From the NCBI GenBank assembly GCA_018673175.1, contig JABHDF010000034.1:7931-71930 (forward strand): a DNA stretch of 64,000 bases, given 5' to 3'. The notes beneath the pieces were generated by a model. That model saw only the letters and a program-made list of their open reading frames with translations. It made no database searches and was not told the origin of the DNA. Position 1 is the stretch's first letter. The number at the start of each line of letters is the position of its first letter. Source of the stretch: Rhodobiaceae bacterium. Its GTDB lineage: Bacteria; Pseudomonadota; Alphaproteobacteria; RS24. Both the position numbers and the translations under genes were made by a program. Below, piece after piece: positions 48,450 through 57,347 of this stretch.

Positions 48450-48991
48450 GCCAGCCCCGCCGAGAAGACCCTGCCCGCCTGAAAGAAATGATCCGCGTCG
48501 ACCACGCAGGCGAACATGGCGCCGTGCGGATTTATGACGGCCAATTGGCTGTCTTTGATAAAATTCCAGGCATGGAAAAAACCGCCGAACTGGTGCGCCA
48601 TATGGCCGAACAAGAACAAGAGCATCTCGACCATTTCGACGGCTTAATTGTCGAGCGCAACATTCGCCCAACGGCTTTTGGGCCGATGTGGAATGTCGCC
48701 GGCTTTGCGCTTGGCGCTGTCACCGCATTGCTGGGCGAGAAAGCTGCCATGGCTTGCACGGCGGCGGTGGAAACCGAAATTGATGCACATTACGCCGCCC
48801 AATTAGAAGAACTCGAAGACGGCGCCGATGATGATTTGCGAGACGCAATTGAAAGATTTCGTGCCGATGAAGCCGAACACAAGGCCACCGCTTTAGAGCA
48901 AGGCGCGGAACAAGCCCCAGCTTATGAAACCATGAGCCGAATGATCCGCTTTGGCTGTCGGGTAGCCATTCGGGCCTCGGAAAAAGTCTAA
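48446..48991 (+). CDS. coq7: demethoxyubiquinone hydroxylase (di-iron, Coq7)
   Basis: IRVDHAGE.GAVRIY.GQ, QE.EH, AMACT.AVE.EI..HY, DE.EH. Confidence 0.93.
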   Translation: MSQPRREDPARLKEMIRVDHAGEHGAVRIYDGQLAVFDKIPGMEKTAELVRHMAEQEQEHLDHFDGLIVERNIRPTAFGPMWNVAGFALGAVTALLGEKAAMACTAAVETEIDAHYAAQLEELEDGADDDLRDAIERFRADEAEHKATALEQGAEQAPAYETMSRMIRFGCRVAIRASEKV

Positions 48992-49007
48992 CCGCAATCG
49001 CTTTCGC

Positions 49008-49610
49008 CTATGGCTCCAGTTCGGTATCCCAATAGAGATAATCTTGCCAACTTTCATGGCAATAATTGGGCGGAAACTTGCGGCCATTTTCATGCAATTC
49101 ATAGACCGTCGGTTGATGCGGTTTTTGGCGTGGCACCATGCCCGCTTGTTTGGGCAAACGCCCACCTTTTCGCAAATTACAAGGGCTGCACGCTGCCACC
49201 ACATTTTCCCAAGTGGTGCGCCCGCCCGCGCGGCGCGGGGTAACATGGTCAAACGTTAAATCTTTGGGAATGCCGCAATATTGGCAAGCAAACCCATCGC
49301 GCAAAAACACATTAAAGTGGGTAAACGCTGGATAGCGCGGCGGCTTCACATAGGTCTTGAGGCTGACCACGCTGGGCAGCAGAAATTCAGTGGAAGGCGA
49401 ATGCACCACCCTGTCGTAATGCGACACAATATTTACGCGGTCGAGAACCACGGCTTTGAGCGTATCTTGCCAAGACCAAAGCGAAAGCGGGTAATAACTT
49501 AACGGACGAAAATCGGCGTTTAAAACCAAAGCCGGGCAGCTCGCAGGATTTCGAAAATCCGGCGGGGCGGCCTTCACAAACTCAATCGCATGGGTAGCAG
49601 ATCGGTGCAT
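49008..49610 (-). CDS. HNH endonuclease (conserved alphaproteobacterial family)
   Basis: LVLNADFRPLSYYPLSLW, CQYC...LTFDHV.P...GG.TTWENVVAACSPCN.RKG. Confidence 0.9.
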   Translation of the reverse strand: MHRSATHAIEFVKAAPPDFRNPASCPALVLNADFRPLSYYPLSLWSWQDTLKAVVLDRVNIVSHYDRVVHSPSTEFLLPSVVSLKTYVKPPRYPAFTHFNVFLRDGFACQYCGIPKDLTFDHVTPRRAGGRTTWENVVAACSPCNLRKGGRLPKQAGMVPRQKPHQPTVYELHENGRKFPPNYCHESWQDYLYWDTELEP

Positions 49611-49732
49611 GGTTTCGTCTCCGTTTTCCTCTCGCTGAACGCTCTCTCTTTATATCTGGCATCCGAATCAAAAGGCGTACCTTTAGTATGCCCAATTGGG
49701 CGGTTGAACTCTAGCGCCTTACCTTGCGGCGA

Positions 49733-50371
49733 CTATTTCCTTCGCGCCGCTTCTTGCTCGCCATTATAATAGGTCCACAAAAGCCGCGCCGCCGCGCCGC
49801 GATGCGGCTGCCAACGCAAGGCAAACTCTGCCAGGGTTTGCGCGTCCGGCCTTTCGTCCAATCCATATAACAGTCTTACCGCTTGTTGCAGTGCCAAGTC
49901 GCCTGCGGGAAACATATCCGCACGGCGCAACCCAAAAAGCAAATAGCATTGCGCCGTCCACGGCCCAATGCCCGTCAGTTGAATAAGCGTGTCGTAAACC
50001 ACCCCATCCTCGGCTTTGCGCAGCGCGGGCAGATCGAGCCCATCGCTCACAATCGCCTCCGCGAGCAAGCGCATATAACGTTGTTTGGGGCGTGAAATAC
50101 CGCAAGCGCCCAATTCCGCTTCGCTCAATGCCAGCAGGTTTTCGGGCTGCATATCGCCCATCGCGGCATTGAATTTGGCTTGGATAGACGCCGCCGCCGC
50201 CGTAGAAACCTGTTGGCTAATCAACAAGCGCGCCAGCCCAGCAAACCCATCGGGCGTCTCGCGCATCGGCGGCGTGCCGTATTTTTGAAAGGCAGCGGCC
50301 AAAATATCATCCTGCGCGCTCAACTGCTCGAGCGCTTTCGTGATATCCTCTCTTGTCTTATATGTTTGCAT
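49733..50371 (-). CDS. alkA: DNA-3-methyladenine glycosylase II family
   Basis: QQVSTAAA, HhH motif GIGPWTA, FPAGDLAL, WQP.R..AARLLW. Confidence 0.88.
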   Translation of the reverse strand: MQTYKTREDITKALEQLSAQDDILAAAFQKYGTPPMRETPDGFAGLARLLISQQVSTAAAASIQAKFNAAMGDMQPENLLALSEAELGACGISRPKQRYMRLLAEAIVSDGLDLPALRKAEDGVVYDTLIQLTGIGPWTAQCYLLFGLRRADMFPAGDLALQQAVRLLYGLDERPDAQTLAEFALRWQPHRGAAARLLWTYYNGEQEAARRK

Positions 50372-50402
50372 GTCCAAATATTATGGCGCATGGAGGAGAG
50401 CA

Positions 50403-51359
50403 ATGAAAGAGCCGTCTGATGTTATCGCGCCCTCTATAAATCGGGCGGCACCGCGTGTGACGCGCTTCGCGCCCTTTGTGACGCGCTTCGCGCCGAGCCC
50501 CAATGGCTGGCTGCACCTCGGCCATGCCTATTCAGCCCTGATGGGCGTGCAGCAAGCCGAGGCCGCGGGCGGGCGTTTTTTGCTGCGCATCGAAGACATT
50601 GATATCGGTCGCGCGCGGCCACATTTCATCGACGCCATTTACCAAGACCTCGCCTGGTTAGGGCTCGAGTGGCCAGAACCAGTGCTTTTGCAATCGACCC
50701 GCTTTGAAGCCTATGAGGCCGCTTTGAAAATATTGCGCGACACGGATCTGGTCTATCCGTGTTGGGCAACGCGGCGCGAGATACTCGACGCCATCCCCGA
50801 CCCCGCCACATGGCCCCGCGACCCCGATGGCGCGCCGCTTTACCCAGGCCTCTATCGCGACCTGCCCGACAGCGACCGAAAACGGCGCATGTGGGAAGGC
50901 ACCAATTATGCTTGGCGCCTCGACATGAAAAAAGCCCTGGCTTGGGTAGAGAAAAACATCTCTGAACCGCTGACCTTTCAAGAGCATAATCTCCCAGGCG
51001 GCCCCCAAACCCTAAACGCCGAGCCGGCCGCTTACGGCGATGTGGTGCTGGCCCGAAAAGACGTGCCGACCTCTTACCACCTCGCCGTGGTGCTAGACGA
51101 TGCGTATCAAAACATCACGCAAGTTACCCGCGGGCAAGACCTCGCTCCGGCCGCCCACATCCATAGGTTGCTGCAAGCCCTCTTGGGCCTGCCGACGCCC
51201 GACTATTTTCATCACGCTTTGGTGCGCGACACCCAAGGCCGACGGCTTTCCAAACAAGCGGGCGACAACGGGGTTCGTGAGTTGCGCCAACAGGGCAGGA
51301 GCGCGCAAGAGGTGCTGGCGCTTTTACCGCCGCCGCTTGGCACGGGCGAAAGTTTGTAG
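50403..51359 (+). CDS. gluQ: tRNA glutamyl-Q(34) synthetase
   Basis: RFAPSPNG.LHLGH, LRIEDID, SYHLAVV.DDA, RG.DL, RLSKQ; short, no anticodon-binding domain. Confidence 0.9.
   Translation: MKEPSDVIAPSINRAAPRVTRFAPFVTRFAPSPNGWLHLGHAYSALMGVQQAEAAGGRFLLRIEDIDIGRARPHFIDAIYQDLAWLGLEWPEPVLLQSTRFEAYEAALKILRDTDLVYPCWATRREILDAIPDPATWPRDPDGAPLYPGLYRDLPDSDRKRRMWEGTNYAWRLDMKKALAWVEKNISEPLTFQEHNLPGGPQTLNAEPAAYGDVVLARKDVPTSYHLAVVLDDAYQNITQVTRGQDLAPAAHIHRLLQALLGLPTPDYFHHALVRDTQGRRLSKQAGDNGVRELRQQGRSAQEVLALLPPPLGTGESL
50456..50494 (+). repeat. perfect 18-bp direct repeat, period 21, duplicating VTRFAP
   Basis: tgtgacgcgcttcgcgcc ctt tgtgacgcgcttcgcgcc. Confidence 0.92.
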
Positions 51360-51468
51360 TTTTTCTCGAAAACCCAACTTCCCCCCCGCGACCTTTCGCC
51401 CATCCAAAAGCCCGCCAAAGCGACTTCGCCTATCTTGCCATCGCGTTAAAAACCGATAGTCTGTGGCC

Positions 51469-53148
51469 ATGACAAATCCAAATATCACTTCGCAAGAAAC
51501 CCAAGACTTGCTCTCGCGCCTGCCCAAAGCCAATGCGGCTTTGGATGTTTTGCGCGCCGCTTTGCGTGGGCCCGCCCCCGAAGGCATGAACCAATTTGGC
51601 CGCCACGGGCGCGCTTGGGCCGCCACCTATCTCGAGACCTTGGCTCAAATGAGCGCTTATGCGCACGAGATGAGCGCAGCCGATCGTTTTGGCGACTTGG
51701 AACAAAATCTCACGCTGATTATCTTTGGCGAATATCTCAACCAATTGGCTGGCGGCTTGCCGATGAGCCAAGGCGAGATTGTGCGCCCGGCTGATTTGGG
51801 CTTTCGGGCTTTGGGCTCTGGAAATGACTTGCCTGGTTTTGACTTGCCCGGTTTTGACTTGCCCGGTTTTGACAATGACGACGTGGCGCATTTGCGCGCC
51901 CATGCCAATACGGCCCCGCGGCGCGCCCATGTCGCGCAATGGATGCTGGAAAACGCAAACGCCGAAGCCGATGCTGGCCTCGATGAAACCCATATGATGA
52001 TCCGCAATCAATTCCGCCGCTTTGCCGATGAGAAAGTCATCCCGCATGCGCATGGCTGGCATTTGCGCGACGAGCTTATTCCCCTGCCGCTCATCAAAGA
52101 GCTGGGCGACTTAGGCGTCTTTGGGCTGACCGTGCCCGAAGAATTTGGCGGCATGGGACTGGGCAAACAAGCCATGTGTGTGGTGTCGGAAGAATTATCG
52201 CGCGGCTATATTGGCGTTGGCTCTTTGGGCACGCGCACAGATATTGCGGCCGAGCTAATTTTGCAAAATGGCACACAAGCGCAAAAACAAAACTACCTGC
52301 CCCGCATCGCCAATGGCTCGATGTTACCCACGGCCGTGTTTACCGAGCCCAATACCGGCTCCGACTTGGCCAGCCTCTCGACCCGCGCCAAAAAGACCGA
52401 GACGGGCTATGAAATTATCGGCGCCAAAACCTGGATTACCCATGGCGCGCGCGCCGATGTGATGACGCTTTTGGTGCGCAGCGAAGCCGATGTGAAAGGC
52501 CATAGAGGCCTCTCCATGTTTTTGGCCGAAAAACCGCGCGGCGATGAAGAAACGCCGTTTCCAGCCGAAGGCATGCAAGGCGGCGAGATTGAAGTGCTGG
52601 GCTATCGCGGCATGAAAGAATATGACATTGCCTTTGACGGGTTTGCCGTGCCGGAAGATGCGGTTCTGGGCGGCGAGACAGGCAAGGGCTTTAAACAGCT
52701 CATGGAAACCTTTGAGAGTGCGCGCATTCAAACGGCCGCGCGGGCCATCGGCGTGGCGCAAAGTGCGCTCGAACTTGCCTTTACTTATGCGACCGAGCGC
52801 AACCAATTTGGCAAGCCGATTTATCATTTCGAACGTGTGTCGGGAAAACTAGTGATGATGGCGGCGGAAATTTTGGCGGCGCGCCAACTGACTTATTTCG
52901 CCGCGCGTAAAAAAGACCAAGGCGAACGCTGCGACCTCGAAGCGGGCATGGCCAAATTGCTTGCGGCTCGCGTGGCTTGGGCCGGCGCCGACAATGGTTT
53001 GCAAATTCACGGCGGCAATGGTTTCGCGCTCGAATACCCCATCAGTCGGGTTTTATGCGATGCGCGGATTTTAAACATTTTCGAGGGGGCCGCTGAAATT
53101 CAGGCCGATATCATCGCCCGCCGCCTCGAAGAAACAGGCACAGCTTAA
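51469..53148 (+). CDS. mcd: acyl-CoA dehydrogenase, probably (2S)-methylsuccinyl-CoA dehydrogenase
   Basis: About 560 aa with N-terminal extension HG.AW.ATY.E.L.Q and GG.PMSQGEIVRP; AH.WHL.DELIP, SEELSRGYIGVGSLGTR, EIEVLGYRGMKEY. Confidence 0.8.
   Translation: MTNPNITSQETQDLLSRLPKANAALDVLRAALRGPAPEGMNQFGRHGRAWAATYLETLAQMSAYAHEMSAADRFGDLEQNLTLIIFGEYLNQLAGGLPMSQGEIVRPADLGFRALGSGNDLPGFDLPGFDLPGFDNDDVAHLRAHANTAPRRAHVAQWMLENANAEADAGLDETHMMIRNQFRRFADEKVIPHAHGWHLRDELIPLPLIKELGDLGVFGLTVPEEFGGMGLGKQAMCVVSEELSRGYIGVGSLGTRTDIAAELILQNGTQAQKQNYLPRIANGSMLPTAVFTEPNTGSDLASLSTRAKKTETGYEIIGAKTWITHGARADVMTLLVRSEADVKGHRGLSMFLAEKPRGDEETPFPAEGMQGGEIEVLGYRGMKEYDIAFDGFAVPEDAVLGGETGKGFKQLMETFESARIQTAARAIGVAQSALELAFTYATERNQFGKPIYHFERVSGKLVMMAAEILAARQLTYFAARKKDQGERCDLEAGMAKLLAARVAWAGADNGLQIHGGNGFALEYPISRVLCDARILNIFEGAAEIQADIIARRLEETGTA
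51825..51873 (+). repeat. in-frame 15-bp tandem repeat x3 (DLPGF)
   Basis: tgacttgcctggttt tgacttgcccggttt tgacttgcccggttt tgac. Confidence 0.92.
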
Positions 53149-53162
53149 ACAGGAAACCCAGC

Positions 53163-53351
53163 ATGGATATTTTTACCTATATTATTCCCATTGGCTTAGG
53201 CGCGGTCACGCTCGTGCTTTTGGCAGGGCTTGTGAATATGCTTCGCAATGGCTCGACCTCAACCTCGCAAAAACTTATGCGCTGGCGTGTTGGGCTACAA
53301 TTTGGCACTATTGTTTTGGTTATGCTGGGGGTCTATCTCTCCGGCAATTAG
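53163..53351 (+). CDS. twin-transmembrane HIG1-domain small protein
   Basis: Two hydrophobic helices flanking SQKLMRWRVGLQ; AGGA RBS. Confidence 0.85.
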   Translation: MDIFTYIIPIGLGAVTLVLLAGLVNMLRNGSTSTSQKLMRWRVGLQFGTIVLVMLGVYLSGN

Positions 53352-53376
53352 GCTGGAAGGGATGGCGTTTTTTGCG

Positions 53377-53943
53377 ATGGTCAAACTGAATAAAATCTAT
53401 ACCCGCGCGGGCGACGATGGCTCGACGCAATTGGCTGACGGCTCGCGCCGCGCCAAACACGACCAGCGCATTGCCGCCTATGGCGCGGTCGATGAAGCCA
53501 ATGCGGCGCTCGGCCTCGCGCGGCTTTACACCCACGACCAGCCCGAGCTCGATAGCGTGTTGGAACGCCTCCAAAACGACTTCTTCGACCTTGGCGCCGA
53601 TTTAGCCACACCCGAGACCGATGCTTTTGAGGCCTTGCGGATCACGCCAGCTCAAGTCAAACGCCTCGAAGATGAAATAGATGCGATGAACGCCAACATC
53701 GCCCCGCTGGATAGTTTCGTGCTGCCGGGCGGCGAGCCAGCCGCGGCGCATTTGCATTTGGCGCGCACAATTATTCGCAACGCCGAGCGCCTGCTCAGCG
53801 CGGCGAGCGATGGCGGCGATGTGTTTTCCGATGTGGCGCGTCAATATATTAACCGCGCTTCCGACCTGTTGTTTGTGGCGGCGCGTGCGGCCAATGGCAA
53901 TGGGCAAAAAGACGTGCTGTGGGTGCCGGGCGCCAACCGATAG
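53377..53943 (+). CDS. ATP:cob(I)alamin adenosyltransferase, PduO type
   Basis: KIYTRAGDDG.T, YGAVDEAN, QNDFFDLGADL, FVLPGG, ARTI.R.AER, W.PGANR. Confidence 0.92.
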   Translation: MVKLNKIYTRAGDDGSTQLADGSRRAKHDQRIAAYGAVDEANAALGLARLYTHDQPELDSVLERLQNDFFDLGADLATPETDAFEALRITPAQVKRLEDEIDAMNANIAPLDSFVLPGGEPAAAHLHLARTIIRNAERLLSAASDGGDVFSDVARQYINRASDLLFVAARAANGNGQKDVLWVPGANR

Positions 53944-54004
53944 ATTGGCCCTTTCATCGGCTCTTTCGAGGTCGTTTTGACGCAGGCGCCTTACGGCTGG
54001 TCAA

Positions 54005-54033
54005 TTGACTTATTTGGCCCAATTCACTAAGAA
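54005..54033 (+). promoter_or_regulatory. putative sigma70 promoter of etfBA
   Basis: TTGACT-N17-TAAGAA. Confidence 0.5.
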
Positions 54034-54075
54034 TTGCGGTTCAGAGCGCATATGCGCAAACATTTTGGAGATTGA

Positions 54076-54828
54076 ATGATGAAAATCCTTGTCCCCGTCA
54101 AACGCGTGGTGGACTACAACGTCAAAATTCGGGTGAAACCGGACCAGTCGGGCGTTGATCTAGCCAATGTAAAAATGTCGATGAACCCGTTCTGCGAGAT
54201 CGCCATCGAAGAAGCCGTCCGCATGCAAGAAGCCGGCACGGCCACTGAGATTGTTGTGGTTTCTATCGGACCGGCACAAACCCAAGAAACCATCCGCACC
54301 GCGCTCGCTATGGGCGCCGATCGCGGCATTTTGGTGAAAACCGAAGATGACATGGAGCCTCTGGGCATTGCCAAAGTTTTGAAAGCGGTTGTTGAAGAAG
54401 AAAAGCCAGATATGGTTATTCTCGGCAAACAAGCGATTGATGGCGATAACAACCAGACGGGCCAAATGCTCGCGGCTCTGTTGGGCTGGAGCCAGGGCAC
54501 GTTCGCGTCAGAGTTGGGCGTCGATGGCGACAAGTTGAACATCACCCGCGAGATTGATGGTGGCCTACAAAGCCTGAAAATCAGTCTGCCTGCGATTGTG
54601 ACCACAGACTTGCGTTTGAACGAGCCACGTTATGCTTCGCTGCCGAATATTATGAAAGCGAAGAAAAAACCGATCGATGAAAAAGACTTGGCAGACTTCG
54701 GCGTAGACGCCGCGCCACGTTTGGAAATCGTAAAAGTAGCCGAGCCCGCCGAGCGCGAAGCTGGGGTTAAAGTAGAAACCGTCGCCGATTTGGTCGACAA
54801 ACTGAAAAACGAAGCAGGAGTTTTGTAA
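54076..54828 (+). CDS. etfB: electron transfer flavoprotein beta subunit
   Basis: [56 protein letters not shown]. Confidence 0.98.
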   Translation: MMKILVPVKRVVDYNVKIRVKPDQSGVDLANVKMSMNPFCEIAIEEAVRMQEAGTATEIVVVSIGPAQTQETIRTALAMGADRGILVKTEDDMEPLGIAKVLKAVVEEEKPDMVILGKQAIDGDNNQTGQMLAALLGWSQGTFASELGVDGDKLNITREIDGGLQSLKISLPAIVTTDLRLNEPRYASLPNIMKAKKKPIDEKDLADFGVDAAPRLEIVKVAEPAEREAGVKVETVADLVDKLKNEAGVL

Positions 54829-55769
54829 TGAATACGCTGCTAATTGCTGAACACAATAATGAAAAACTTGCCGATGCGACTGTAAAGTCGGTGACCGCTG
54901 CTGCCCAAATGGGCGGGGATTTGCATGTGCTGGTTGCCGGTAACGGTTGCGCCAGCGTTGCCGACCAAGCGGCCAAGCTGGAAGGCGTTGCCAAAGTGAT
55001 TTTGGCCGAAGACGCGCAATATGAAAAGCAACTGGCCGAGCCAATGGCTGCCCTCGTGGTAGGTATGGCGTCGGGCTATGCAACCATTGCGACACCAGCT
55101 TCGACCAATGGTAAAAACTTCACGCCGCGCATTGCAGCCCTGTTGGATTGCAGCCAAGTGTCGGACATTACAGCCGTGCTGGATGCCAACACCTTTGAAC
55201 GCCCAATTTACGCGGGCAATGCCATTCAAACCGTGAAAGTGAACGAAGGCCAAAAAGCCATCACCATTCGCTCCACCGCTTTCGCCGCCGCTGCCGATAC
55301 AGGCAGTGCCAGCGTGGAAGCCGCAGGCGCGGCTGACAATCCAGGTCTTTCCGAGTTCATCTCGGAAGAGCTAACCAAGTCAGACCGTCCGGAGCTAACT
55401 TCGGCCAAGATTGTGGTTTCGGGTGGCCGTGGCATGCAGTCGGGTGACAATTTCCCAATGTTGGAAAAAGTCGCCGACCAATTGGGCGCCGCTATGGGTG
55501 CCTCGCGCGCTGCTGTAGATGCGGGCTTTGTGCCAAATGATTACCAAGTGGGCCAAACCGGTAAAGTGGTGGCCCCAGACCTCTATATTGCGGTCGGTAT
55601 CTCGGGTGCCATTCAGCATCTGGCGGGCATGAAGGATTCGAAAGTCATTGTTGCCATCAACAAAGATGAAGAAGCCCCGATTTTCCAAGTCGCCGATTAC
55701 GGTCTGGTAGCCGATTTGTTTACCGCCGTACCTGAACTCGAAGAAGAATTGGGCAAAGCTGGTTTTTAA
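54828..55769 (+). CDS. etfA: electron transfer flavoprotein alpha subunit
   Basis: [43 protein letters not shown]. Confidence 0.98.
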   Translation: MNTLLIAEHNNEKLADATVKSVTAAAQMGGDLHVLVAGNGCASVADQAAKLEGVAKVILAEDAQYEKQLAEPMAALVVGMASGYATIATPASTNGKNFTPRIAALLDCSQVSDITAVLDANTFERPIYAGNAIQTVKVNEGQKAITIRSTAFAAAADTGSASVEAAGAADNPGLSEFISEELTKSDRPELTSAKIVVSGGRGMQSGDNFPMLEKVADQLGAAMGASRAAVDAGFVPNDYQVGQTGKVVAPDLYIAVGISGAIQHLAGMKDSKVIVAINKDEEAPIFQVADYGLVADLFTAVPELEEELGKAGF

Positions 55770-55795
55770 TCGGCTTTCGCCCCGAAAGAGGACAT

Positions 55796-56674
55796 ATGTC
55801 TGACGCAAAAACCGTTGGCATCATTGGAGCCGGACAAATGGGATGTGGCATTGCCCACGTCTTTGCCTTGTCCGGCTTCCGTGTCCTTCTCAATGATATT
55901 TCCCAAGACCGAATTGAAGCCGGCATTGCCACGATTACCGGCAATATGGCGCGCCAAATCGCTTCTGGCAAATTAGCCGAAGCCGATAGCGAAGCGGCGC
56001 TTGCCCGCATTCACCCAGCGACCAATTTAGGCGCTATGGCCGAGGTTGACTTGGCCATTGAAGCGGCCAGCGAAAACGAAGCCATTAAAATTGAAATTTT
56101 ACGCGAAGTCAGCTCGGTGCTATCGCCCGATGCGATTATCGCTTCCAACACATCGTCCATCTCCATCACACGACTGGCAGCCTCGACCGATCGCCCAGAG
56201 CAATTCATCGGCATGCATTTCATGAACCCCGTGCCGGTGATGAAATTGGTCGAAATTATTCGCGGCATTGCCACCTCGCAAGAGACCTTTGAAATCACCA
56301 AAGAGATTGTTGAGACGCTCGATAAAACCGCCTGCGTGGCCGAAGATTTTCCAGCCTTCATCGTCAACCGCATTCTTTTGCCGATGATCAATGAAGCCGC
56401 GTTTACGCTTTACGAAGGTGTCGGCAATGTCGATAGCATCGATAAAGCCATGCGCCTGGGTGCCAATCACCGCATGGGGCCGTTTGAGCTTGCCGATTTC
56501 ATTGGCCTCGATACCTGCCTCAGCATTATGCAAGTGCTGCACGAGGGCCTAGGCGACAGCAAATATCGGCCCTGCCCTCTCTTGGTTAAATATGTCGAAG
56601 CGGGCTGGCTGGGTCGTAAAACCGGCAAAGGCTTTTACGACTACAGCGGCGACGCCCCCGTTCCTACTCGCTAA
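55796..56674 (+). CDS. hbd: 3-hydroxybutyryl-CoA dehydrogenase
   Basis: [49 protein letters not shown]. Confidence 0.94.
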   Translation: MSDAKTVGIIGAGQMGCGIAHVFALSGFRVLLNDISQDRIEAGIATITGNMARQIASGKLAEADSEAALARIHPATNLGAMAEVDLAIEAASENEAIKIEILREVSSVLSPDAIIASNTSSISITRLAASTDRPEQFIGMHFMNPVPVMKLVEIIRGIATSQETFEITKEIVETLDKTACVAEDFPAFIVNRILLPMINEAAFTLYEGVGNVDSIDKAMRLGANHRMGPFELADFIGLDTCLSIMQVLHEGLGDSKYRPCPLLVKYVEAGWLGRKTGKGFYDYSGDAPVPTR

Positions 56675-56689
56675 TCCAGCGAGGGCGCG

Positions 56690-57316
56690 TTACTCCGCCA
56701 AATAAGCGTCCAACAAAGCATGTACAGGCGCGCTATCCCAATCTGCTTCTCCGGCCAATCGGCCTATCTCTAATCCCTCTGGCGACACCAAGAGCGTGGT
56801 TGGCAGACCAATGAGCTTGGCGGCGCGTGCCGACTTGTAACTTGGGTCATAGGCGCGGGTTAGCTTCGAAATACCTAGCTCATTGAGAAAAGCCTCGGGC
56901 TTTTTCGCCCCGCCGCGGTCGACGGAGAGCGCGATGACACGGACGTTTTTATCGGCGTAGCGTTTGGCCAGGGCATCGAGTTGCGGCATTTCTTTGCGGC
57001 ACGGCGCACACCAAGTCGCCCAAAAATTAACCACCAATAGCTCGCCCTCATAGGCGGCCAAAGACAAGGGGGTTTTATCCGCCTTTTGCAGGGCAAAACT
57101 CGCTATGGCTTTGGGGCTTGGGTGGGTAACGAAATTTTGCAGGCTTTGGCCTGTCTCGGCATTTGGGCCTTGGGCGGTTTTTTCACTCACCACCTTGCTT
57201 TCCCTGCCCTCCTTCTTGTATAGGGTTTGAACGCCTATAACGGCAAAAACACCCAAGACAATCAGGGTCGCAAAACTGCCCTTACGAGAGCGGACAAATC
57301 GGCTAAATTGTGACAA
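56690..57316 (-). CDS. tlpA: TlpA thiol:disulfide oxidoreductase
   Basis: N-terminal TM helix, NFWATWCAPCRKEMP, GLPTT; divergent from argH. Confidence 0.9.
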   Translation of the reverse strand: MSQFSRFVRSRKGSFATLIVLGVFAVIGVQTLYKKEGRESKVVSEKTAQGPNAETGQSLQNFVTHPSPKAIASFALQKADKTPLSLAAYEGELLVVNFWATWCAPCRKEMPQLDALAKRYADKNVRVIALSVDRGGAKKPEAFLNELGISKLTRAYDPSYKSARAAKLIGLPTTLLVSPEGLEIGRLAGEADWDSAPVHALLDAYLAE

Positions 57317-57347
57317 GATACAAGCCTCCTAAAAGGGGAATAGAACA

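Noticed and set aside
49008-49610. HNH nuclease as a mobile or defence element
   Set aside because: It matches the conserved alphaproteobacterial family found near alkA/gluQ, with no methylase or mobility genes. The FTHFN (usually FTRFN) change alone is too little to interpret.
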